DNA from: an uncultured Desulfospira sp.
Lineage (GTDB): Bacteria; Desulfobacterota; Desulfobacteria; Desulfobacterales; Desulfobacteraceae
NCBI GenBank assembly: GCA_963663165.1
Contig: OY760175.1
Span: 2,976,001 to 3,040,000, forward strand
Direction of reading: 5' to 3'
Length of the DNA: 64,000 nucleotides
In this document: piece by piece, positions 27,720-37,657 of the stretch
How positions within the stretch are numbered: position 1 is the stretch's first letter
How the letters are laid out: the number at the start of each line of letters is the position of its first letter
Translations under genes and position numbers: made by a program
The notes under the pieces: model-generated
The model's input: only the letters and a program-made list of their open reading frames with translations
Databases searched by the model: none
What the model was told of the DNA's origin: nothing

Positions 27720-29246
27720 TTATCTGGGAATCCTTCCACTCCAGATCTGAGGTTTTATTTCAAACCACTCCAGGCCGGCAATATCGGGTTTAGCCTTGCC
27801 TTCCAGGACAAACCGGTCCTTTGGGGTCATTTTAAAAACAATAAGCGAAAGCTTTTCTTTGGCCCCCAGAGAAAACATGATCTGATGGTAAATATCCAGG
27901 TTTTCTTTGGGCATGACCGTTGCATCCGGCCCCAGAAAATACCGCCAGGGCGCATTGGGGTTGGCGTAAAAGGTTTTATAAAACAGGTCCATGGAAATAT
28001 TGTAAAAAATCCCGTCAGGCTCCGGTAGCCACTGGCGGGTCTTCTCGTCGGCCAGATCCGGTGCCTTGTTATACATGGACTTGCTCCAGCGGCCGTCAAA
28101 ATCCCCGGATAGCACCAGGCAGAAAACCAACCCCGTACAAAGGGCAATCAAAGGCCGTTTAAAGGACAGCAGGGGGATGCAAAGGTCCTGGTTAAAAATT
28201 TCTTCAACCTCTTCATACAGCCAGACAAAGTAGGCGGGCACCCCGAAATCCGGCCAGAACCGGTTGACCTTCATGGACAAAACCCAGGACAGGCAGACAA
28301 GGATAAACATGGGGTTCAACATCCGGGACCGGATCTCTTTGCCCGAGGCTTTCCGCCATAAAATCAGCAAAATCATGGGCAAAAAATCCAGGATGGACTG
28401 AAGCCTTGGCACCAGCTCGCCCACCCGCATCCAGGACAGCACCGGCCGCTGGGCCGACCCGAAAACCTCTTTGGTGGTGGCAACAAAAAACTCGTAAGGC
28501 TCCAGGGACAAGGCTGCGGCCGTGACAACGGCCAAGGCCCAGACAATGGCCAGTCTATAACATTTTTTGGCCTCCCCTGCCATCAGATAGCAGCCGATGG
28601 GCAGCAGAAACAGGAACCATACCGCCCTTAAGGTCATGGACAGGGTCAGGACCAGGTATAAAAAGACCAGATACCTTAAATCAAATTTATCCCGGTAATG
28701 CTGGGCCGAAAGGCCGATCAGGGCCACGGCCGCCACCTGTGAAAGAAAGGGCCTTCCCAGCATATACCGCATGGGATTGACAATCACGCACAGTCCGATG
28801 ATCAGACAAAGGGCCCATACTTCAGGCCGCTTGACCACAAACGCCGGCAGGGCAAAGTTCAGGGCCAGCATAAACACGATGGAGAAATACAGCAGACTCT
28901 CCTTTGGCATGCCATGGTCAAACAGAAAAAACAGGATGGTTTTCCAACCGAAATGGATATCAAACAGCGGCCATGACCCCATTACCAGGATCTGGTTCCA
29001 GTCCTTCTGGCAGACGGCCTGGCCCACATGCCTTAACCCGTCATCGGTGGGCATGTAATCCAGGCTGATGATGACCACCGCGCTCCACAAAAAGAACCAG
29101 AGAAATACCAGAAGACAGGCGGCCGGGATACGCTGCTTGATAAGTTCCAATTTAGATCCCAAGGCAGCTGATGAAAAATAACGAAGACCGCTGGGCCGGC
29201 CTTCATTATTTTCCTCAGGCAAATGGTGGTATTGGGCAGGGCCCAA
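27720..29246 (-). CDS. Multi-pass membrane protein, GT-C-fold-like glycosyl/oligosaccharyltransferase candidate
   Basis: About 10-11 TMs, acidic PTDDGLRH loop after first TM, soluble C-terminal tail; start codon uncertain (TTG). Confidence 0.55.
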   Translation of the reverse strand: MGPAQYHHLPEENNEGRPSGLRYFSSAALGSKLELIKQRIPAACLLVFLWFFLWSAVVIISLDYMPTDDGLRHVGQAVCQKDWNQILVMGSWPLFDIHFGWKTILFFLFDHGMPKESLLYFSIVFMLALNFALPAFVVKRPEVWALCLIIGLCVIVNPMRYMLGRPFLSQVAAVALIGLSAQHYRDKFDLRYLVFLYLVLTLSMTLRAVWFLFLLPIGCYLMAGEAKKCYRLAIVWALAVVTAAALSLEPYEFFVATTKEVFGSAQRPVLSWMRVGELVPRLQSILDFLPMILLILWRKASGKEIRSRMLNPMFILVCLSWVLSMKVNRFWPDFGVPAYFVWLYEEVEEIFNQDLCIPLLSFKRPLIALCTGLVFCLVLSGDFDGRWSKSMYNKAPDLADEKTRQWLPEPDGIFYNISMDLFYKTFYANPNAPWRYFLGPDATVMPKENLDIYHQIMFSLGAKEKLSLIVFKMTPKDRFVLEGKAKPDIAGLEWFEIKPQIWSGRIPR

Positions 29247-29249
29247 GGG

Positions 29250-29630
29250 TTAGTATAGCTCGACCCCGCTTTTGGTATTGGTCATGGTACCGTCGTCGCT
29301 GGTTACCGTAATATCGACACTTCCGGCGTTTCTGACGTAAGTGGCCATGTAATCGCCAAGGTCATTGTCCACAGAAGACATGGCTGCGGTCAATGCCGCA
29401 TTGGTATCACCGTTCTGGACCATCAGCTGCCGGGAATATTCCATGGTGATGTTGCTGATAGCGGCGGCCATGGCACCCTGGGCTGCCTTTTCTTTGGCCT
29501 GTTCAACCATATCCAGGTATTTGGGAACGGCAACGGCCGCTAGAATACCCAGAATGATCAAAACGGCGATGATTTCAATCAAGGTAAAGCCCTGTTCGTT
29601 TTTAAGCACTTTTCTCATGGATTTTTTCAT
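29250..29630 (-). CDS. Major type IV pilin (MshA-like)
   Basis: EQG|FTLIEIIAVLIILGILAAVAVPKYLDM; GGAGA RBS before ATG 29630; own sigma-54 promoter. Confidence 0.9.
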   Translation of the reverse strand: MKKSMRKVLKNEQGFTLIEIIAVLIILGILAAVAVPKYLDMVEQAKEKAAQGAMAAAISNITMEYSRQLMVQNGDTNAALTAAMSSVDNDLGDYMATYVRNAGSVDITVTSDDGTMTNTKSGVELY

Positions 29631-29718
29631 TTTTCTCTCCTTTAGTTTGGGTATAAACATTAAACCACATTTATTTAGCCTCGGCCATGGGTCAGATTGC
29701 CTTTCATTGAACAATCGT

Positions 29719-29735
29719 AGCACAAGCCGTGCCAA
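29719..29735 (-). promoter_or_regulatory. Sigma-54 (-24/-12) promoter of the major pilin
   Basis: Minus strand TTGGCACGGCTTGTGCT = GG-N10-GC, about 90 bp upstream of the pilin ATG. Confidence 0.85.
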
Positions 29736-29842
29736 AATCAAAGAAAACGAAAACTTTGCAGCGGCATCGTCTTCTCTTTATTAACAAGCTCTTATTTTGG
29801 CAGGCCATTTGGATTGAAACCCGCCAGGATAAATGATAATTC

Positions 29843-29875
29843 CTCCATTATTTGAAGCCGCTTCATAAAGTGGAG
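29843..29875. promoter_or_regulatory. Imperfect inverted repeat: candidate enhancer (UAS) or terminator
   Basis: ctcca-ttatt-tgaagc-c-gcttca-taaag-tggag, 110-140 bp upstream of the -24 box. Confidence 0.45.
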
Positions 29876-29878
29876 ATT

Positions 29879-31237
29879 TCATTTGAACTCCCCGGCATTG
29901 ATCCCATATTTTTTAATCCGGTTCCATAGGCTCCTGGGTTTGATCCCGAGCATATCGGCTGCCCTGGCCTGAACCCCGTTGTTCTGTTTAAGGGCCTGGA
30001 CAATGAACGCCACCTCAATCCGGCCCAGTTCGTCATTTAAGCTGAAACCTTCTTCATCAGGCAATACAACCGGATCCTCCTGGGCTTTGGCCGGTGTTGC
30101 CAAACCGGCGGCCTGCTGAAAATCAAAATGCTCTTTTTGCAGCACCTCCGTGTCACAGCAGATGACGGCCTGTTCAATTTTATTTTCAAGTTCCCGGATA
30201 TTCCCCTTCCAGTCATGGGATTTTAAAAACCCCATGGTGTCATCGGAAATTTTTTTGCCTTTTTTCTGGGCAAAGTGTCCGGCCAATAGTTCGATATCGT
30301 TTTCCCGCCGGGCCAGGGGCGGCAGAATGATATTGAACACGTTGAGCCGGTAAAACAAATCTTCCCTGAACCGCCCCTGGGCCACCAGGGCTTCAAGGTT
30401 TTTATTGGTGGCGGCGATAACCCTGACGTCGACCTTAAAGGGTTTCTGTCCGCCGACACGAAAAAATTCGCCGTTCTGCAACACACGGAGGAGCTTCACC
30501 TGAACCTCCTGGGGCATTTCGCCGACTTCATCCAGAAAGATGCTCCCCTTGTCCGAGCGTTCAAAACAGCCTTTGTGAAGGGCCACCGCTCCGGTAAAGG
30601 CGCCTTTTTCATGGCCGAACAATTCGCTTTCAAGGAGGCCCGGGGATATGGCGCCGCAGTTTACCTTGATCAGGGGCCCGTCCTTTCGGGGGCTTTTTTC
30701 ATGAACCGCATCGGCGATCAGTTCTTTTCCGGTTCCGCTCTGGCCCAAGATCAACACCCCGGCAGGGGACGGTGCAACCTTGAGGACCTGCTCCAGGACA
30801 TAGGCCATTTCCCGGCTTTTAAATAAAATATGGGGAAACTGGTCCTGGAGCTTTTTAATATCGCTTCCAACGGCGATTTTTCCGAACACTTTCCTGTATT
30901 CGTCAAGCTCATCCAAAAAAAACCAGTTGCGATGCCGGTTTTTGTTCATCCGGGTTTCCCTGCCCGTTTCCGTTCCGGTATTTTCCGACAGGGAAATGTT
31001 CTTGTTTAACCGCTCCAGCAGCTCTTCCGTTGGTTTTAAGACAAACCTCAAGACCGCGTACCCCGTGGCAAAGGACCCGCTGAAAATTAAAAACCCGGCC
31101 AGGCTGTGGATCTGGCCGGTATAGGGTGAATTCCCCAATACCGCTGAAATCTGAAAAGAAACAATATACGCAAACACAGAGCCCATCCCCCAGACAAAGG
31201 GAACGAGAAAGTATATGCTGATATTGATTCCGCTCAT
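29879..31237 (-). CDS. Sigma-54-dependent activator (bEBP) with N-terminal transmembrane input
   Basis: GQSGTGKE, ESELFGHEKGAFTGA, FLDEVGE, FREDLFYRL, WKGNIREL, Fis HTH; two hydrophobic N-terminal segments and no receiver domain. Confidence 0.9.
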   Translation of the reverse strand: MSGINISIYFLVPFVWGMGSVFAYIVSFQISAVLGNSPYTGQIHSLAGFLIFSGSFATGYAVLRFVLKPTEELLERLNKNISLSENTGTETGRETRMNKNRHRNWFFLDELDEYRKVFGKIAVGSDIKKLQDQFPHILFKSREMAYVLEQVLKVAPSPAGVLILGQSGTGKELIADAVHEKSPRKDGPLIKVNCGAISPGLLESELFGHEKGAFTGAVALHKGCFERSDKGSIFLDEVGEMPQEVQVKLLRVLQNGEFFRVGGQKPFKVDVRVIAATNKNLEALVAQGRFREDLFYRLNVFNIILPPLARRENDIELLAGHFAQKKGKKISDDTMGFLKSHDWKGNIRELENKIEQAVICCDTEVLQKEHFDFQQAAGLATPAKAQEDPVVLPDEEGFSLNDELGRIEVAFIVQALKQNNGVQARAADMLGIKPRSLWNRIKKYGINAGEFK

Positions 31238-31269
31238 ATCGTTGCAAACCGGATGAAAGATTAAAATGG

Positions 31270-32499
31270 CTATTGCACCATCTGGGTCAAATCCCACATG
31301 GGCAGGAAAATCGCCATGGCAAAAAAACCGACCACACTGGCCAGGCCGACCACCAGGATCGGCCCGATGGCTTCGGACATGGCTTTGGTGCTGTATTCCA
31401 CCTCTGTATCATAATGGGATGATATCTCTGCCAGCATATCATCCAGGTTACCGGATTCCTCTCCAATGGCCACCATATTGATCACCATGGGGGGAAAATA
31501 TTTGGACGACCGCAAGGGCTGGGAAATCCCCCGGCCTTCAGTGAGCATTTCCTTTATCCGGTTAAATTCCAGGGTAATGGCGTCATTGCTGATGGTCTTG
31601 GACAAGACGTCCATGGAATCCAGAACCGTTACCCCGCTCATCTGAAGAATGGAAAAGATAGAAGCAAACCGGGACATGGCCGCTTTGAGCATTACCGGCC
31701 CGACCAGGGGCATTCTCAAAAGGGTCCGGTCTTTGACGACCCGTCCGTTGTGGGTTTTAAAAAAATAATAGTGGCTTAAAAACAGCACCGCCGCCACACT
31801 GATGATCCCCACATGCCAGTAGTTGTGGATCACATGATACAACATCAGGCACATCTTGGTGGGAAGGGGAAGGGCAATCCCCACCTTCTCAAAAATAGAG
31901 ATAAACTTGGGGATAACAAAATTTAAAAGCACCATAAAGGCCACGCCCAGAAAGCCCAGCACCATCATGGGATACCGCATGGCCGATTTGATATCCGCCT
32001 TGATTTTGGTTTCATGCTCAATGATGTAGATCAGCCGTTCAAGCACCTCGGGCAGGGCGCCGGAGGCTTCACCGGCATTGATCATGTTGCAGTAAAGTTC
32101 GCTGAACACGTTGTCGTGTTTGGAAAATGCCCGGTAAAGGTTGGCCCCTTCCCGGACATCTTCCCTGATCTGGGAAATCACCTTTTGCAACCGCTTATTC
32201 TCGGTCTGAAGTTCCATGGTGCTCATCACATCCATCAGCGGCACCCCGGCCTGGACCAGGGTTTTGAACTGCTTGGTAAACAGGATCATATCCCGGGGCT
32301 TGACCGGGGTGAGCCGGTCCGAAAATTTTTCCATAAACCCGCCGCCGCCCAGGCCGCCATGGCCCTTTTCTTTGACGGTTTCCGGGATATACCCCCTGGC
32401 AGACAGCATATCAAAGGCAAGGTCCCGGGACGGGGCCTCTATGTCTCCTTTGACCTGGGAGCCGTTTTCATTAATGGCTGTATAAGAAAAAAGCGTCAT
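31270..32499 (-). CDS. Type IV pilus/T2SS inner-membrane platform protein (PilC/MshG/GspF)
   Basis: AGEASGAL, AMRYP, LPLPT, GEESGNLD, AIFLPMW. Confidence 0.95.
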   Translation of the reverse strand: MTLFSYTAINENGSQVKGDIEAPSRDLAFDMLSARGYIPETVKEKGHGGLGGGGFMEKFSDRLTPVKPRDMILFTKQFKTLVQAGVPLMDVMSTMELQTENKRLQKVISQIREDVREGANLYRAFSKHDNVFSELYCNMINAGEASGALPEVLERLIYIIEHETKIKADIKSAMRYPMMVLGFLGVAFMVLLNFVIPKFISIFEKVGIALPLPTKMCLMLYHVIHNYWHVGIISVAAVLFLSHYYFFKTHNGRVVKDRTLLRMPLVGPVMLKAAMSRFASIFSILQMSGVTVLDSMDVLSKTISNDAITLEFNRIKEMLTEGRGISQPLRSSKYFPPMVINMVAIGEESGNLDDMLAEISSHYDTEVEYSTKAMSEAIGPILVVGLASVVGFFAMAIFLPMWDLTQMVQ

Positions 32500-32502
32500 G
32501 GC

Positions 32503-34209
32503 TTACATCATTACGGCGGAAGCCGCCTCCTCCGGGCTGGTTATGCCATTGGCCACCTTAATGGCGGCATCCTGTTTCAGGGTCTTAAGATGCCCTGAAG
32601 CTTCACAGATCCGGGTGATCTCCTGGGCCGGTTTTCCGGACAGGATCATCTGCTGGACATCCTGGTTGATGTGCAGGACCTCATAGAGCCCGGTCCGGCC
32701 GGAATATCCCGTATCCTTGCACTGAAGACACCCTTTTCCCCGGACAAAATCAACCCCCTGGGCCTGGTCAAGCTCCCAGAATTTACGGACCGGTTCGGGA
32801 GGGGAGTAGGACTCCTTGCAATGGGGGCAGACCCGCCGGATCAGCCGCTGGGCAATGGCCACCAGCATGACCGAGGATACCAGGAAAGGCTCAATGCCCA
32901 TGTCCACAAACCGGGTGACGGCCCCGGCCGCATCATTGGTATGCACGGTGCTGAGCACCATATGGCCGGTCAGGGCGGCCTGGACCGCAACCCCGGCGGT
33001 TTCGCCGTCCCGGATCTCACCGATCATGACCACGTCCGGGTCCTGGCGCAGGATGGCCCGAAGTCCCGAGGCAAACGTCATCCCGGCCTTTTTGTTGAGC
33101 TGGCCCTGGCGGACATGCTCCATCCGGTATTCCACGGGATCTTCAAGAGTGATGATGTTCACGTCCGGGGTATTGATGATCTTGAGCATGGAAAACAGCG
33201 AGGTGCTTTTCCCGGACCCGGTGGGGCCCGTGGCCAGGATCATGCCATAGGGCATTTTGATCATCTTTTCGATGAGCGCGATATCTTTGGGATCTACCCC
33301 AAGCTTGTCCAGAGAATAAATCCCGGCGCTGGTGTCCAGAAGGCGAAGCACCACGTTTTCCCCGTATACCGTGGGGATGGTGGACACACGGATATTGATC
33401 TCTTTGTCCTGGACAAAGATAGTGAACCGCCCGTCCTGGGGAATCCTTGACACTGAAATGTCCAGGGAGGCCAGAATTTTAAGACGGGAGACAATAGACA
33501 TGAACATGCCCTTGGGCGGGGCCGGTATATTGTGCAGTTTTCCGTCCACCCTGAACCGGATTTCCACGTAGGTCTTTTCCGGGCTTAAGTGGACATCCGA
33601 GGCGCCTTCTTTGACGGCCTGGGTTAGAATAGAGTTGACCAGACGGATGACCGGGGCTTCTTCGGCCATGTCCATGAGTGAGGAAATGGCATTCTGGCGC
33701 TGTTCCTCCATCTCGTCCTGAACATCCATCCCCTCCATTTCCTGGATGTTTTCCATCACCCCGTCGGAACCCGAATAGGTACCGTAAACCGAGGAAATCA
33801 GGATCCCGAGTTCCTGCTCCGTGCAGATCACTGGCTCGACTTCCGTGTCTGTATAGACCTCAATATGATCCAGGGCATTGATGTCCAGAGGGTCAGTCAT
33901 GGCCAGGAACAATACCGTGCCTTCGGTATGAATGGGAACGGCCTGGTATTTTCTGGCCGTATCCACATCAATAATATCGGCAAGGGCCGTGGTAACCGCA
34001 AATTCACTGGGGTCGTACCGTTTGATTTTAACCTGGTCGGAAATCAGCTCTACAATGGCTTTCTCACTGACGATGCCTTCTGAAATCAAGTGCTGCCCCA
34101 GGCGTTTGCCGCTTCCCCTCATGGCCTTCAACGCCTGTTCGAGCTGCGCCTTTTCCAGTATTCCGGCTTCAACGAGCATTTCACCCAGGCGCTTGCGTTT
34201 ATTTATCAT
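32503..34209 (-). CDS. Pilus extension ATPase (PilB/MshE) with MshEN domain
   Basis: RLGEMLVEAG / RLGQHLISEG, ASDVH, PQDGR, GPTGSGKST, EDPVEY, LRQDPD, CxxC...CxxC. Confidence 0.95.
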   Translation of the reverse strand: MINKRKRLGEMLVEAGILEKAQLEQALKAMRGSGKRLGQHLISEGIVSEKAIVELISDQVKIKRYDPSEFAVTTALADIIDVDTARKYQAVPIHTEGTVLFLAMTDPLDINALDHIEVYTDTEVEPVICTEQELGILISSVYGTYSGSDGVMENIQEMEGMDVQDEMEEQRQNAISSLMDMAEEAPVIRLVNSILTQAVKEGASDVHLSPEKTYVEIRFRVDGKLHNIPAPPKGMFMSIVSRLKILASLDISVSRIPQDGRFTIFVQDKEINIRVSTIPTVYGENVVLRLLDTSAGIYSLDKLGVDPKDIALIEKMIKMPYGMILATGPTGSGKSTSLFSMLKIINTPDVNIITLEDPVEYRMEHVRQGQLNKKAGMTFASGLRAILRQDPDVVMIGEIRDGETAGVAVQAALTGHMVLSTVHTNDAAGAVTRFVDMGIEPFLVSSVMLVAIAQRLIRRVCPHCKESYSPPEPVRKFWELDQAQGVDFVRGKGCLQCKDTGYSGRTGLYEVLHINQDVQQMILSGKPAQEITRICEASGHLKTLKQDAAIKVANGITSPEEAASAVMM

Positions 34210-34242
34210 TCATTTCCTCTCTTGCGCTTATAAATCCAATCG

Positions 34243-35910
34243 CTACAAAATTTTCCGGTCCTGAATCAGATCGGCAATATGGGTTTCCTTAAACATCCAG
34301 GCAGATGCCGGCTGATGAAATAAAAAGAACCGGGCGGTCCTGGCATCGGCAAACACCCGGTCCATGACCACATAAAACACAAACCCGGTAGAACGGTTCC
34401 ATGCCGGCAAAATCCGGGCATCCAGCCCCTCCTGGATGCACTGCCTTGTTTTATCATAGGCCTGGCCAAAATTTAGAAACCGGCCGGCCGAGAGACAGGC
34501 CTTATCCTTGGTCCACGGGTATGTGGATGTCCGGATCACCGGGAAATGGATATGCTGTCCTTTCATGACCCAATTGGGATTCTCAATTCCCGGGTTCTGT
34601 GCCAGTACCTGGTTGATAAAATCAAGGGAACATGATCCATAAATAGCTGTGATCATGGAATAAAGGGTTTCCTGCCCCCCAACGGTGACCGTGCCCAGCA
34701 GCAGCGGCATATCCGCTGCCGGGCCGATGTTTTCGATGGCGTTGGCCCCTGGTCCCGGCATGTGGGATTCCTCGGCCAGAATCGGCTCATGGACCGGGTT
34801 GACCGGCGGTGCCGTGGTGACCGGGGCCGCTTTGGGGACCGGGGCTCTGAGAATGGGTCTGATCACCGTGGCCGGGGCCGCCATGGCCTGCTGGACCGGC
34901 ATGTTTTGTTCTGCATGAAGCCCGGCCGCCACCGGTCCGGTGGCGCCTGACAGCCAGCCGAATAATCTATTGTCAAAAAGCATCCCGCTGTTGATGGCCA
35001 CCAGCAGGATCAGGACGGCTGCGGCCAGGGAAACTGCCGGCATCATGGAGACTTTGGTCTTCCGGTCATGGGGAAACACCTCAGCCCCGCAGTGATGGAC
35101 AAAATAAGAGCCGGCCACAGGCTGGTTCCGGATAATCATGGCCAGAATAACATCATGGCACAGGTTGATAATTTTCCGGGGATACCCCCTTGTGATCCGG
35201 TACACGGCCCAGAATCCGGAAAATGTAAACCGCGGCAGGTCACTGCTGTCAAAGTATTCGGGGGAGGCACTGCTGGAGATCCTGAACCGGATCAGGTTCC
35301 GGGTTTCGGCAAACCCCAAAGGAGAAAACGTGTACCGAAAGTTGATCCGGTCTACAAAGTTTTCCATATCCGCGACCATGGGATCAAACTCTTTCTGGGC
35401 AAAGATGACGATCTGTAACAATTTTTTGTCGTTGGTTTCGTAATTGAGCAGTTCCCTTAAAGTCTCCAGACAGGAGACGGGAAGCTTCTGGCCTTCATCT
35501 ATCAACAGCACCGTGGTCATATCTTTGTCCACCCCGTGGGAGAATAAGTCTGTTTTGATTTTCTCCTTAAGGGATAACGCATCATCTTCAAGCCGTTCTT
35601 CCGGATCGATTCCGGCAAAGTGGCGGTAAATACAGGCCAGGAATTCAAGCGGCGAAGCAAACCCGGGATCCAGGATTAAAAAATGGCGGATTTTCTTATC
35701 ATTGGAAATCTTACGGATCAACTGCCGGCATACGGTGGTTTTTCCCGTCCCCACATCCCCTGTGACCACATTGAGCCCCCGGCGCAGCCGAAGGGAAAGC
35801 TCAAGCTTCTGCAAAACGTGCCAGTGCTGCCTGGAGTGAAAAAACAACCCCGGGTCAGGGGAATTGGAAAAGGGTTCCTTTTCCAGGTGAAGGGTCCGGT
35901 AATAGGTCAT
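34243..35910 (-). CDS. ExeA/MshM-like AAA ATPase with TM, LysM-like and SPOR-like C-terminal domains
   Basis: EPFSNSPDP, GDVGTGKT, LLIDEGQ, GYPRKINLC-like motif; NPGIENPNWVMKGQHIHFP LysM-like. Confidence 0.85.
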   Translation of the reverse strand: MTYYRTLHLEKEPFSNSPDPGLFFHSRQHWHVLQKLELSLRLRRGLNVVTGDVGTGKTTVCRQLIRKISNDKKIRHFLILDPGFASPLEFLACIYRHFAGIDPEERLEDDALSLKEKIKTDLFSHGVDKDMTTVLLIDEGQKLPVSCLETLRELLNYETNDKKLLQIVIFAQKEFDPMVADMENFVDRINFRYTFSPLGFAETRNLIRFRISSSASPEYFDSSDLPRFTFSGFWAVYRITRGYPRKIINLCHDVILAMIIRNQPVAGSYFVHHCGAEVFPHDRKTKVSMMPAVSLAAAVLILLVAINSGMLFDNRLFGWLSGATGPVAAGLHAEQNMPVQQAMAAPATVIRPILRAPVPKAAPVTTAPPVNPVHEPILAEESHMPGPGANAIENIGPAADMPLLLGTVTVGGQETLYSMITAIYGSCSLDFINQVLAQNPGIENPNWVMKGQHIHFPVIRTSTYPWTKDKACLSAGRFLNFGQAYDKTRQCIQEGLDARILPAWNRSTGFVFYVVMDRVFADARTARFFLFHQPASAWMFKETHIADLIQDRKIL

Positions 35911-35916
35911 TTCGTC

Positions 35917-37629
35917 TTACTCAACTGTTTTTTCGGAAGCCGAAGCGGCGGCGGCTTCGTCGACTGTCCGGCCTTTCAAAATATGGGGCGTGATAAAAAT
36001 GAGCAGCTCCTCCATTTCCGAAGAATTGCCCTGGGTCTTAAACAGCCAGCCCAGGCCCGGTACATCCTTTAGGTAGGGCACCCCGGATTCGGATTCTTCG
36101 AGATTCTCTTTATTCAGCCCGCCGATGACCGTTGTCTGGCCGTCAAACAGGTTCACCATGGTTTCCGCATTTTTGGTGGTAATGGTGGGGTTGCCGTCCA
36201 CAGTGTTGGTAAAGTCCAGTTCATCCTTGTGGGTGAGGATCTCCAGCCGGACAATATTGTCATCAATGACATGGGGGGTCACTTCAAGGCTGATAACGGC
36301 TTTTCGCCACTCAATGCTGACCTCCCCGTCCTCAACGGTCTGAAAGGGCACGTCCTTGCCCGACTCAATACTGGCGGTATGGTGGTCCAGGGTGGTGATG
36401 GAGGGTTTGGACAAAATATTAACCTTGCCTTCCTGCTCCAAGGCGGTCAGTTCCGTATAAAGCATCCAGTCCCCGACTTTCTGGGTAAGCATACCAAAAG
36501 ACAGGCCGCCCGAACTTGCCGTCGCCTCGGCCGCATCCTGAAGAAAAGAGCTGACCATATTGAGTTCATTTTCCCCGGCATCATTCTCTTCCGTGGTAAA
36601 GGCCGATGTCCCGAGCATGCCCGTGGTACTCTTACTCCCGTCACTGTTGGTTCCGATGCCAAGTCCGCCCCACTGGACCCCAAGCTCTCTGGCCGTATCC
36701 GATGTGGCTTCCACAATGTGGGCCTCAATGAGTACCTGCCGGCTGGGCTGGTCGATTTTCCGGATCAACGGTAAAATTTTGTCCAGATCCGACCGGGTCG
36801 CATTAACGATGAGAGAGTTGGTATTTTTATCCTTTAAGATAGACCCCCGGAAATCTATTTCCGATCCGGATTCACCTTTTTTGCCGCTGCCCTCGGTAAC
36901 GGATTTTTTAAGGGCCGCTTCCTTTGAATTGGTCACCAGATACTTTTCTAAGTTTTCCCGCAGCTCGTCCAGATCGGAAAAGTTAATCTTGACCACCCGG
37001 GTCACCAGGGGCTCAAGCTGCTCCTGCTTTCTGGCGATTTCCTGCATGGCCAGCACATGTTCTTTTTTGCTTTTCTGGTATTTTTGCTTGGCCTCCATCA
37101 GGGCGATCTCCCGGTTCAGGTCTTCCACGGTCACGACCCTGAGAATGTCCCCGCTCCACTTATAGGTCAGGCCATAGGTCCCTAACAGCCCCAAAAATGC
37201 CTCGTCCCAGGGCACATTGACAATATTGATCTTGGCCTGGCCGGAAACGGTTTCATTGATGAGAATATTGACATCTGCGGCCCTGGCCAGGGTGCGCAGC
37301 AAAACCGCCACCGGGACATCATGCATTTTCATGGTCAGCCGCATTTTGGGCAGGGCCTTTTCCGGAACATCATCCGAATCAGACGCTTCAGGCGCATGTT
37401 GTTTTTCTTCCATCTGCCTGACGGTTTCCGCAATTTCCCTGTCTGCCTGCTCAATATAGGGGCGGGGGTCAGGGGTTGCCTTGGGCGAATTTTCGGCCAT
37501 AATCCGCCATCTTTCGAACCGGTCCGTTTTCTCGGCCTCCTTCTGGGTTGCCTGGCAGCCGGAATTGAAGGCCATGAAGATCAACGCTAAAAAGCCGATT
37601 TGGATGCATTTTTTCATTTTGTTTTCCAT
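35917..37629 (-). CDS. Secretin (PilQ/MshL type), probable lipoprotein
   Basis: FNSGC lipobox-like, QVLIEAHIVE, GVQWG, LEVTPHV, GQTTVIGGL, GVPYLKDVPGLGWLFK, LLIFITP. Confidence 0.93.
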   Translation of the reverse strand: MENKMKKCIQIGFLALIFMAFNSGCQATQKEAEKTDRFERWRIMAENSPKATPDPRPYIEQADREIAETVRQMEEKQHAPEASDSDDVPEKALPKMRLTMKMHDVPVAVLLRTLARAADVNILINETVSGQAKINIVNVPWDEAFLGLLGTYGLTYKWSGDILRVVTVEDLNREIALMEAKQKYQKSKKEHVLAMQEIARKQEQLEPLVTRVVKINFSDLDELRENLEKYLVTNSKEAALKKSVTEGSGKKGESGSEIDFRGSILKDKNTNSLIVNATRSDLDKILPLIRKIDQPSRQVLIEAHIVEATSDTARELGVQWGGLGIGTNSDGSKSTTGMLGTSAFTTEENDAGENELNMVSSFLQDAAEATASSGGLSFGMLTQKVGDWMLYTELTALEQEGKVNILSKPSITTLDHHTASIESGKDVPFQTVEDGEVSIEWRKAVISLEVTPHVIDDNIVRLEILTHKDELDFTNTVDGNPTITTKNAETMVNLFDGQTTVIGGLNKENLEESESGVPYLKDVPGLGWLFKTQGNSSEMEELLIFITPHILKGRTVDEAAAASASEKTVE

Positions 37630-37657
37630 TACCTGTATTGGTTTTAAGCCTCTTAAT

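Noticed and set aside
29250..29630. Electrically conductive (Geobacter-type) pilin
   Set aside because: Mature pilin is 112 aa with only 6 aromatic residues and long aromatic-free gaps.
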